Part shown: in pieces, positions 25,164-32,000 of the stretch
Layout: each line of letters begins with the position of its first letter
Numbering within the stretch: position 1 is the first letter of the stretch
Assembly (NCBI GenBank): GCA_000025185.1
Contig: CP001848.1
Span: 990,001-1,022,000 of the forward strand
DNA length: 32,000 bases
DNA from: Pirellula staleyi DSM 6068
GTDB taxonomy: Bacteria > Planctomycetota > Planctomycetia > Pirellulales > Pirellulaceae
Reading direction: 5' to 3'
Notes under the pieces: model-generated
Told to the model about the DNA's origin: nothing
What the model saw: only the letters and a program-made list of their open reading frames with translations
Databases searched by the model: none
Position numbers and translations under genes: made by a program

Positions 25164-26096
25164 ATGATGGCTACTACAGTCCGCGTCGCCTCTTTTAACT
25201 GCGAGAACCTGTTTGCTCGGTTTGAGTTTAAACCCAATGTCGACTTGGACCGCATCAGTACCGACGGCTGGGAAATCAACGAAACCCTTTTCGAACCTAA
25301 TAAACCCGAGGCTCGCAAAATCACGGCGCGGGCGATCAAAGAGGCGAATGCCGACATCATCGCGTTTCAGGAAGTCGAGAATCTCGATGTCCTGAAACGC
25401 TTCCGCAACCAGTATTTGGGAGGCTTTAAATCGTATCCCCATGCGGTGCTGATCGAGGGGAACGATCCCCGTTTGATCGATGTGGCGGTTCTCAGCCGCG
25501 AGAAGTTTCCGATCGTTTCCACGCGGTCGCATCATCATGTGAAGGCCAATGCCACGAGTCGGGGGTTTGTCTTCTCACGCGACTGCCTGGAAGTCGATAT
25601 CGAAGTCGGGTCGCAGACCCTCACCCTGTTTGTGAATCACCTGAAGTCGATGATGGGGGGACGCGATCAAACGCACGAGCGACGCAAGCTGCAGTCGACC
25701 TGGGTGAAGAAGCTGGTGAATCAGCGGTTTGGTACCGACCCGGGCAACAATCCGTTCATCGTGCTCGGCGATCTGAATGACTATCTCGATTCGGCATCCG
25801 ATCCTGACTCGGGGATTCGTAATCTGGTGAAATGGAATCAGGTGGAAAACGTGATCGAGCGTTTGCCTGCTGCCGAGCGGTGGACCCACTACTGGAACGG
25901 TGGCAACGAGTATCGTCAGCTCGATTATCTGCTGGTCTCGAAGTCACTCAGTAGCGCGGTGCAATCGGTCGAGATCATTCGGGGTGGATTGCCGACGCGC
26001 GCCACCAACTACACCGGCCCGCGTTTTCCAGGGGTCGGCACGAACGACCCAAAAGCGTCGGACCATTGCCCGATTGTGGTCGAGCTCAAGCTGTAG
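25164..26096 (+). CDS. endonuclease/exonuclease/phosphatase (EEP) family protein
   Basis: From track ORF 25128..26096, with the likely start at ATG 25164 (MMATTVRVASFNCENLF). EEP motifs: SFNCENL, IIAFQEVEN, VLGDLND, SDHCPIVVEL. No signal peptide seen. Confidence 0.85.
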   Translation: MMATTVRVASFNCENLFARFEFKPNVDLDRISTDGWEINETLFEPNKPEARKITARAIKEANADIIAFQEVENLDVLKRFRNQYLGGFKSYPHAVLIEGNDPRLIDVAVLSREKFPIVSTRSHHHVKANATSRGFVFSRDCLEVDIEVGSQTLTLFVNHLKSMMGGRDQTHERRKLQSTWVKKLVNQRFGTDPGNNPFIVLGDLNDYLDSASDPDSGIRNLVKWNQVENVIERLPAAERWTHYWNGGNEYRQLDYLLVSKSLSSAVQSVEIIRGGLPTRATNYTGPRFPGVGTNDPKASDHCPIVVELKL

Positions 26097-26276
26097 GTGG
26101 TTACTACAGGCGCGAAACATCGCGGGGAAGCGACCACCCCGAAGGAGGAGCGAAGCAAGCGGGCTGTGTTAGCAAACGGGCTGTGGAGGCGAGCAGACGG
26201 TGTGAGCGAGTCGGCCTCGTTGAGCTATACTAGCGACGTGAAGTAACCCACCGTCGACGTCACTAGGCCCACCGCC

Positions 26277-27422
26277 GTGCAACCTTCCAGCGAACAGTTT
26301 GATCCCTATTTTGCGTGGCTGGGAATCGATCCGGCAGAGCATCCGCTCCACCATTATTCGCTCCTGGGGCTGCCGCCGTTCACCAGTGATGTCGCCGCGA
26401 TTTCGCGCTCGGCCGACGAGCGGATGCAGCACGTTCGGCAATTTCAAACCGGTCCGCGCGGGGCCTTCACCCAAAAAATACTGAACGAGCTGTCGTCGGC
26501 CCGCATCTGCCTCACCAGCAGCACGCTGCGAGCCCAGTACGACGCGCAGCTGCACAAGCTGCTTGCCGAGCGAGCGATCGCCGAACTCCCCCCGGCGCTC
26601 GATCAAAGTGGCGCAGCGGGTGGCCCAGAGCTGTATTCCTACGTGCCGGTGAATCTCAGTCCGCAGCAGCTGCCGGTCGGCACCTATGGTCAGCCTCTTC
26701 CTCCGCCGGGCCAGGCGATGGAAAGTGCGGCGGGACCACCTCCGGTGATGGCTCGCGGCACCACGCCTCCCGCTGCTGAGGATCCAGAGGCTGAAGAGGA
26801 AGCGACAAGCGACCCCGCGCGATGGCCGATTCTGCTCCTCACCAGCGCCGTTGTGCTGCTGGTGGTGGTGACGAGCGTGGTGATCTATCAGCGTTTCGGT
26901 CGCCCCAAGCCCGCGCCGATCGCCGCTGACGTCCCCGAGGAAATCGTTCCCGAAGAAGCGCCTCCAGCAGAACCGGCGATCATCGAAATGCTGCAAGAGG
27001 GTTCGGGGGAGGTGAACTTCACCCCGTCGGCGGCGATCGTCGAGGGTTCAGCCGCTGTGCAGCTCGACGGCCTGGCCAACGTGATCACCGGTTTTGTCGA
27101 TACCGCGTCGGCGGCGACCTGGAACTATCGGCTGGTGAAACCAGGTTTTTTTCAGCTCGAAGTGACCTATCGCCTCGAGCCAGCGATCGACGAGGCCGCG
27201 CTGACCCTCGTGATCGGCGACCAAACGAAAACGATCACGCTTCGCCCTTTGGAATCGGCCGATGCCGTGAGCACCGACCGCTTTACGGTCGCCATCACCC
27301 GCAGCGGCAAAGGGACGTTGCGGCTCGCGCCCAAGACCGATCGTTCGGGAAAAGGGCTCACCATCGAGTCGCTCAAACTGATTCCGGTCGGCAGCACTAC
27401 GCCTGGCCCGGAGATGAATTAA
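26277..27422 (+). CDS. membrane-anchored hypothetical protein with N-terminal J-domain-like module (no HPD) and C-terminal beta-rich domain
   Basis: GTG start. DPYFAWLGIDPAEHPLHHYSLLGLPPFTSDVAAISRSADERMQHVRQFQTG...LRAQYDAQL has the J-domain helix pattern but lacks the HPD tripeptide. A Pro/Ala-rich linker follows, then the TM helix WPILLLTSAVVLLVVVTSVVIY. The C-terminal domain of about 140 aa (EVNFTPSAAIVEGS...LTIESLKLIP) has an alternating beta-strand pattern. Confidence 0.6.
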   Translation: MQPSSEQFDPYFAWLGIDPAEHPLHHYSLLGLPPFTSDVAAISRSADERMQHVRQFQTGPRGAFTQKILNELSSARICLTSSTLRAQYDAQLHKLLAERAIAELPPALDQSGAAGGPELYSYVPVNLSPQQLPVGTYGQPLPPPGQAMESAAGPPPVMARGTTPPAAEDPEAEEEATSDPARWPILLLTSAVVLLVVVTSVVIYQRFGRPKPAPIAADVPEEIVPEEAPPAEPAIIEMLQEGSGEVNFTPSAAIVEGSAAVQLDGLANVITGFVDTASAATWNYRLVKPGFFQLEVTYRLEPAIDEAALTLVIGDQTKTITLRPLESADAVSTDRFTVAITRSGKGTLRLAPKTDRSGKGLTIESLKLIPVGSTTPGPEMN

Positions 27423-27564
27423 CGCGACGAAGTTCCAACCTTCTTGCGCGCGGGAAAGTCACGCTGGCTCTTTTCGGACTATGTTTCCTGGAAGTGGCGT
27501 TCTCCGAGAGTAGGCTCCCCGACCGGGGCGCGTGTGCGCGATGCCGAGCGTAAGGAATGTAGCG

Positions 27565-28644
27565 ATGATGCGGCCCTGCATGCTTGCCCTAGCGATCTTG
27601 GCGACATGGTTTGCCAAGAGCGAGTGCCGCGCCGAGCATCCACTCATCAAGCTACAGATCGACGGCCAGTGGCAAACGGGGCGTCCGGTGGCATGGTCCG
27701 ACAGCGCCGTGCAGTTGCTGTCGCGCGATGGGCGTCTGCTCGAATTCGCCCCGCAAAAGGCGACGAACTTCAGCAAGGTCTCGAATAGCTTTCGTCCCTT
27801 CTCGCAAAGTGAAATGCGCGGCCAACTGCTGAAGGAATTCGGCAAAGGGTTCGAGGTTTCAGGCGTAGGGCACTATCTGGTGGTTCATCCCGCTGGCACG
27901 CGCGATCAATGGGCCCCCCGCTTCGAAGAGATCTATCGCAGCTTCCTGCAGTACTTCAGTGCCCGCGGCTGGCGGCTCACCGAGCCTGAGTTTCCACTCG
28001 TCGCCGTCGTTGCCAAATCGCAGGCGCAGTTCGTACAGCTCGCCCAACAGCAGGAGATTGATGTCTCGCCGAGCACCCTCGGGTTCTACTCGCTATTGAA
28101 CAATCGGGTGCTGCTGTACGACGTCACGGCCGGAAATCCGAAGGCCGATTGGTCGATCAGTGCCGAAACGATCGTGCACGAAACGGCGCATCAGGTGGCC
28201 TATAACACCGGGGTTCACAATCGGTTTGGGACCACGCCGCGCTGGCTTGCCGAAGGACTCGGAACACTGTTTGAAGCCAAAGGGGTTTGGAACGCGCGGG
28301 CCAATACGTCGATCGACTCGCGCGTGAATCGCTATCGCCTCGAAGCGTTTCAAGCGCTGCTGAAAAAAGGACGTCCAAGCGACTCGATCTCGCAGCTCGT
28401 TTCGGGCGATCGGATGTTCCAGACAAATCCCGAAGCGGCCTACGCCACGAGCTGGGCGCTCGTCTTTTTTCTGTCGGAGACGCAGCCTCGCAAGCTGCAA
28501 GAGCTGCTGCAAAAAGCGGCCCAGCGCAAAGCGCTCGAGAACTACCCGAGCACCAGCCGACTCGAAGATTTCACCGACGTGCTGGGGACGAATCTCACGA
28601 TGCTCGATGCCCAGCTCGTGCGCTACATCAGCGGACTGAAGTAG
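27565..28644 (+). CDS. DUF1570 / peptidase-MA-like putative secreted zinc metallopeptidase
   Basis: From track ORF 27532..28644. The ATG at 27565 is preceded by AAGGA 8 nt upstream and gives the signal peptide MMRPCMLALAILATWFAKSEC. HETAH (HEXXH, 28177-28191) is followed about 20 aa later by RWLAEGLG, a gluzincin-like third ligand. Confidence 0.7.
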   Translation: MMRPCMLALAILATWFAKSECRAEHPLIKLQIDGQWQTGRPVAWSDSAVQLLSRDGRLLEFAPQKATNFSKVSNSFRPFSQSEMRGQLLKEFGKGFEVSGVGHYLVVHPAGTRDQWAPRFEEIYRSFLQYFSARGWRLTEPEFPLVAVVAKSQAQFVQLAQQQEIDVSPSTLGFYSLLNNRVLLYDVTAGNPKADWSISAETIVHETAHQVAYNTGVHNRFGTTPRWLAEGLGTLFEAKGVWNARANTSIDSRVNRYRLEAFQALLKKGRPSDSISQLVSGDRMFQTNPEAAYATSWALVFFLSETQPRKLQELLQKAAQRKALENYPSTSRLEDFTDVLGTNLTMLDAQLVRYISGLK

Positions 28645-28677
28645 CGTGTCAGCTGCACCGGTTTGCGGTACACTTGC

Positions 28678-28707
28678 CTCCTCAACCAAAAGCCAACTTT
28701 TGAGGAG
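28678..28707 (+). promoter_or_regulatory. 13-bp hairpin between the DUF1570 gene and the dehydrogenase gene, overlapping the only SD-like element
   Basis: CTCCTCAA-CC-AAAAG[CCAA]CTTTTTGAGGAG forms 8+5 bp with a 2-nt bulge. Its 3' arm contains GAGGAG, which ends 11 nt before ATG 28719. No U-tract follows. Confidence 0.45.
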
Positions 28708-28718
28708 ACTCTCCACCG

Positions 28719-29678
28719 ATGCCCGCTTTCCGTGTACTCATCACCGACTATGCCTGGCCCGATGTTTCGATCGAACGGAGCACCCTCGCCGAGATCGATG
28801 CAGAACTTGTCGTGGCCGAGAAAACCGATGCGGCGTCGCTCGCCGAGCTGGCCAAAACTTGCGATGCGATCATGACCAACTGGGCCAAGGTCCCCGAGGC
28901 GGTGATCACCGCTAATCCAGCCTGCAAGATTGTCGCGCGACTCGGCATCGGTCTCGACAACATCGATGTCGCTTGCTGCACGCGGCTGAAAATCCCGGTC
29001 ACCAACATCCCCGACTACTGCCTCATCGAAGTCGCCGAGCATGCCCTGGCGCAGCTCCTGTCGATGGCTCGCAAAATCGCTTACTTCCATCAAGCGACCA
29101 AGTCGGGAGTCTACAAACTGCAAGCGGGTCCCAAGCTGCGGCGCATTGAAGGGCAAACGCTCGGCATCGTCGGATTGGGGAATATTGGCCGAAAAATGGC
29201 CGAAAAAGCGCTGCCGCTCGGGCTGCAAGTGATCGCCACCAGCCGAAGTGGTCGCGATGTTCCCCCGGGCGTGAAGCTGGTCGACTTCGACACGCTGCTG
29301 GCCCAGAGCGACTACGTCTCGCTCCACCTGCCGCTGGTCCCCGAGACCAAGCATCTGATGAATGCCACGACGCTGGCGAAGATGAAGCCCACCGCCTACC
29401 TGCTGAACACCGCTCGCGGTGGTCTTGTCGATCAGAACGCGCTAGCCGCCGCGCTGCAGGCTGGACATCTGGCCGGCGCAGCACTCGACGTCCAAGACCC
29501 CGAGCCACCAGACCTGTCGCAGCCACTCTGGAACGACGAGCGCTGCGTCGTCACGCCGCATGCGGCGTTTGTTTCGGAAGAATCGCTCGCTAACTTGCGC
29601 TCGCGCGTCGCCAAGCAAGTTTGCGCCCGCTTGCTCGGCCAGCTTCCCGAGAACGTCCGTAACCCCGAAGTGCTTTGA
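28719..29678 (+). CDS. D-isomer-specific 2-hydroxyacid dehydrogenase family protein (NAD-binding)
   Basis: GIVGLGNIGRKMAEKA is a GxGxxG motif. LLNTARGGLVD supplies the catalytic Arg. AALDVQDPEP and VVTPHAAF supply the Glu/His pair. Confidence 0.9.
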   Translation: MPAFRVLITDYAWPDVSIERSTLAEIDAELVVAEKTDAASLAELAKTCDAIMTNWAKVPEAVITANPACKIVARLGIGLDNIDVACCTRLKIPVTNIPDYCLIEVAEHALAQLLSMARKIAYFHQATKSGVYKLQAGPKLRRIEGQTLGIVGLGNIGRKMAEKALPLGLQVIATSRSGRDVPPGVKLVDFDTLLAQSDYVSLHLPLVPETKHLMNATTLAKMKPTAYLLNTARGGLVDQNALAAALQAGHLAGAALDVQDPEPPDLSQPLWNDERCVVTPHAAFVSEESLANLRSRVAKQVCARLLGQLPENVRNPEVL

Positions 29679-29757
29679 GCTATGGGGAACGAGAGAGGGA
29701 AAGAGACTATGGCGCGCCGTTCGTTTGGTCGGCGATTGTGAAGCAGCGCCGGGGCGA

Positions 29758-31143
29758 TCAGACGAACAGCTCTTTTAACGGCTCGCCGTGAGGCAGGGTG
29801 CGAATCGGGCGGCCAGCGTCGTTGAGGTAGTGCTTGGAAGTGTCGATGCCAAGATGGTCGTACATCGTGGCGAGGACATCCTGCGGCGATTTCGGATTGT
29901 CTTTGGGAAATGCCCCTTTGCTGTCGGAAGCGCCGAGGACCCGTCCCCCCTTCACTTTGCCACCGGCGATCGCAGCGCTGAAGACGTTGGGATAATGGTC
30001 GCGCCCCGCATCGTTGTTCACGCGCGGCGTCCGGCCAAATTCTCCCCACGCCACGACGAGCGTCGACTCGAGCAGCCCCCGCTGATCGAGGTCCTCGATG
30101 AGCGCGCTATAAGCTTGATCGAAGCGCGGCAAAAACCCACGCCGAAGCGAGTCGAAACCTTGCACGTGGGTGTCCCACCAGCGGAGATCGACCGTCACTA
30201 GCCGCACTCCCGCTTCGACCAGGCGTCGCGCGAGCAAAATGCGCTGGCTCCAGGCCGGTGCGCCGCAGCGGTTGCTGGCGCCGGGATCGAAGGCCGGTGA
30301 AAAGCCGTAACGCTCGCGCAGCTCCGCCGGTTCGCTATCGAGGTCAAACGCCTTCTGTGCAGCCGGGCTGGCGATCATGTCCCACGCCCGCTGGCTGAAC
30401 GACGACATCCCTTCCATCCGCCCACTGGCATCGACCTGACTCCGCAGCCGATCGAGCCCCGCGAGAAGCTGTTTACGATCTCCCAGCCGATCGATCGACA
30501 GGCCTTCGGCTAGCTGGAAGTTCTGCACTTTAAACGGTCCCAGGTTCGCCGGGTCGGCTCCCGTTTCAAACGGCTGGTGAGCGACCCCCAAATAGCCGCT
30601 CCCAGTCCCGGGAACTTGTCGCGGAATCATGACATACGACGGCAGCTCACGGGCTTGGTGCGACATCTGCTCGCTCACCACCGAACCGATGCTGGGGTGG
30701 ACGTTTTCGTCGGGATTTCGCCCCGGACCGTAGCCGGTAAAGCAAATCTGATCGCCGGTCGAGTGCCCCGCGTCGTCGTGGTGCAGGCTGCGGATGATCG
30801 ACCACTTATCCATCACGCGGGCCGACTTGGGGAGCATATCGGTCAGCTGAATGCCAGCGACATTGGTCGGAATGGTCCCAAACTCGCCACGAAATTCGGC
30901 GGGTGCGTCGGGCTTGGGGTCCCACATATCGATGTGGCTTGGTCCGCCCCGCATCCAGAGCAAAATCACGTTCTTTCCCGAGGATTTTGTGCGAGCCGTG
31001 TTCGACGCGGCCTCGCTGGCTAGCAAATTCGAGAGCGAGAGGCTCGTCGCGCCGATGGCTCCCAGCTGCAACAAACCGCGTCGCGAGAGGGCCAGCTTTT
31101 GGAACTCACGGCACGATCGCGCGAGGGAGGGTTCGTTGCGCAT
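29758..31143 (-). CDS. DUF1501 domain-containing protein (sulfatase-like fold) with Tat signal
   Basis: LSRRGLLQLGAIGAT is a twin-arginine signal. LLWMRGGPSHIDMWDPKP and EFGRTPRVNNDAGRDH are characteristic of DUF1501. Confidence 0.9.
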   Translation of the reverse strand: MRNEPSLARSCREFQKLALSRRGLLQLGAIGATSLSLSNLLASEAASNTARTKSSGKNVILLWMRGGPSHIDMWDPKPDAPAEFRGEFGTIPTNVAGIQLTDMLPKSARVMDKWSIIRSLHHDDAGHSTGDQICFTGYGPGRNPDENVHPSIGSVVSEQMSHQARELPSYVMIPRQVPGTGSGYLGVAHQPFETGADPANLGPFKVQNFQLAEGLSIDRLGDRKQLLAGLDRLRSQVDASGRMEGMSSFSQRAWDMIASPAAQKAFDLDSEPAELRERYGFSPAFDPGASNRCGAPAWSQRILLARRLVEAGVRLVTVDLRWWDTHVQGFDSLRRGFLPRFDQAYSALIEDLDQRGLLESTLVVAWGEFGRTPRVNNDAGRDHYPNVFSAAIAGGKVKGGRVLGASDSKGAFPKDNPKSPQDVLATMYDHLGIDTSKHYLNDAGRPIRTLPHGEPLKELFV

Positions 31144-31387
31144 GGGTTATAGTCCGGCGGGAAGGAAGGATCGGACAGGCGGGAACGCATAGCCGCTTGT
31201 TTATAGATCGGCCGTAGCGTTGAGTTCAAGCAGAATTTTGGCCGAGCTTACGAAGAAACCACCTTCAGCGGCTCGCTATGGCGGCGGATCGGGCACTGCG
31301 ACAATCTGTTTGCGACCGCTCTCCCCGAGGGATAAACTCGACCTGCAGGGCCTGAAAACGCCGACACTTTCGCAAGGACCGAGTTCG

Positions 31388-32000
31388 ATGCACCGCACCC
31401 CCTTCATGCTTTCGGCGCTCCTCACCGGGCTCCTGCTGGGCCTGCTAATCCCCTCCCTCTCGGCCCAAGAGACGCCGCTCCAGCGCGCCAAGCCCGAGCA
31501 CTACGTCGAACTCGATGGAGTGATTCCCGCGCTCGAGACCTTGAAAGGACTCGGAGGTCTGCCGGGTCTCGAGGGGCTCGGACCGCTCGGGAACAAGCTT
31601 AAAATCCGCTACCAAATGACCTCGAAATCGGAGACGACCGCCAAGGTGGTGGTCTCGATCAGGTCTGGCGATGCCGACATGGGAACCCGCGAGATCGAAC
31701 TTCCGCTCGATAAACCGGTCGACCCGATTTTGCTCACTCCCACCTCCGACGAAAAAGTCAAAATCAAATTCGAGCGGACCGTACCCAATCTTAAATATAA
31801 GATCGGCGACAAAGAGTTCTCCGGCGCTGCACATGTATATAAGGTCGAGATGGCTCTGTTTGGTAACTTAGAAGGAAAGGGGCTGGAAGGGTTTGATATC
31901 CCGGGACTGGAAGGTTTGAAGGCGGTCTCCGAAAAGTCGGTGATGGAACTAAGTTATTTCATGTCGGACGAAGCGCCACTGATGGGAATCGTGGCGATGA
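31388..32000 (+). CDS. hypothetical secreted protein, N-terminal portion; continues past the right window edge
   Basis: Hand translation from ATG 31388 gives MHRTPFMLSALLTGLLLGLLIPSLSAQETPLQRAKPEHYVELDG...KVKIKFERTVPNLKYKIGDKEFSGAAHVYKVEMALFGNLEGKGLEGFDIPGLEGLKAV... with no stop before the edge. It has a signal peptide and repeated GLxGL motifs. It is absent from the ORF track because it is open-ended. Confidence 0.6.
   Translation, partial: MHRTPFMLSALLTGLLLGLLIPSLSAQETPLQRAKPEHYVELDGVIPALETLKGLGGLPGLEGLGPLGNKLKIRYQMTSKSETTAKVVVSIRSGDADMGTREIELPLDKPVDPILLTPTSDEKVKIKFERTVPNLKYKIGDKEFSGAAHVYKVEMALFGNLEGKGLEGFDIPGLEGLKAVSEKSVMELSYFMSDEAPLMGIVAM

Noticed and set aside
25043-25538. Minus-strand track ORFs 25043..25360 and 25086..25538, which could have been the gene feeding the 24711-24760 terminator.
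   Set aside because: Both are antisense to the well-supported EEP gene and have no recognisable motifs or SD. They also end about 280-330 nt before the terminator.
1-32000. A search of the whole window for CRISPR arrays, IS elements, integrase or transposase genes, tRNA or rRNA genes, toxin-antitoxin pairs, and known phage-defence architectures (restriction-modification, CBASS, retron, Gabija and similar).
   Set aside because: I saw no regularly spaced repeats, no terminal inverted repeats flanking an ORF, and no recombinase, nuclease-helicase or cyclase motifs. The only compositionally atypical stretch is the roughly 600-bp spacer at 24548-25163.

Overview
High-GC (about 58-60% by eye) bacterial chromosomal segment. 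The gene content suggests Planctomycetota, probably Pirellulales-like: DUF1501, DUF1570/peptidase-MA-like, Tat-exported PhoD, a 'DPYxxWLGI' J-like protein, and long intergenic spacers. This taxonomic placement is inference only. All product calls come from motifs I recognise in the translated ORFs; no database search was possible. I support 26 protein-coding genes. Two run off the window edges and one is a 42-aa ORF below the ORF-track cut-off. I also call two intrinsic terminators, one candidate small RNA or leader with its own promoter-like boxes, one RBS-proximal hairpin and one short-repeat spacer. I found no rRNA, tRNA, CRISPR array, transposase, integrase or recognisable phage-defence system, and the window reads as ordinary chromosome rather than an island. 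The points most worth a second look are: (1) an ammonium-transporter-fused hybrid histidine kinase (Amt-PAS-HisKA-HATPase-REC-REC-HPt) directly upstream of a REC-HD-GYP response regulator. (2) An ABC ATPase paired with a 770-aa ABC-2 permease carrying a roughly 7-bladed propeller-like extracytoplasmic domain. (3) A four-gene general-stress cluster (CsbD, unannotated 42-aa membrane peptide, YflT/glycine-zipper protein, DUF892), with an orphan promoter-plus-terminator unit of about 170 nt just upstream in an AT-richer spacer. (4) A GAF-SpoIIE phosphatase whose catalytic motifs look partly degenerate. (5) A pair of a J-like membrane protein and a HEXXH (DUF1570) protein. The many long ORFs antisense to these genes are high-GC shadow ORFs and were rejected.
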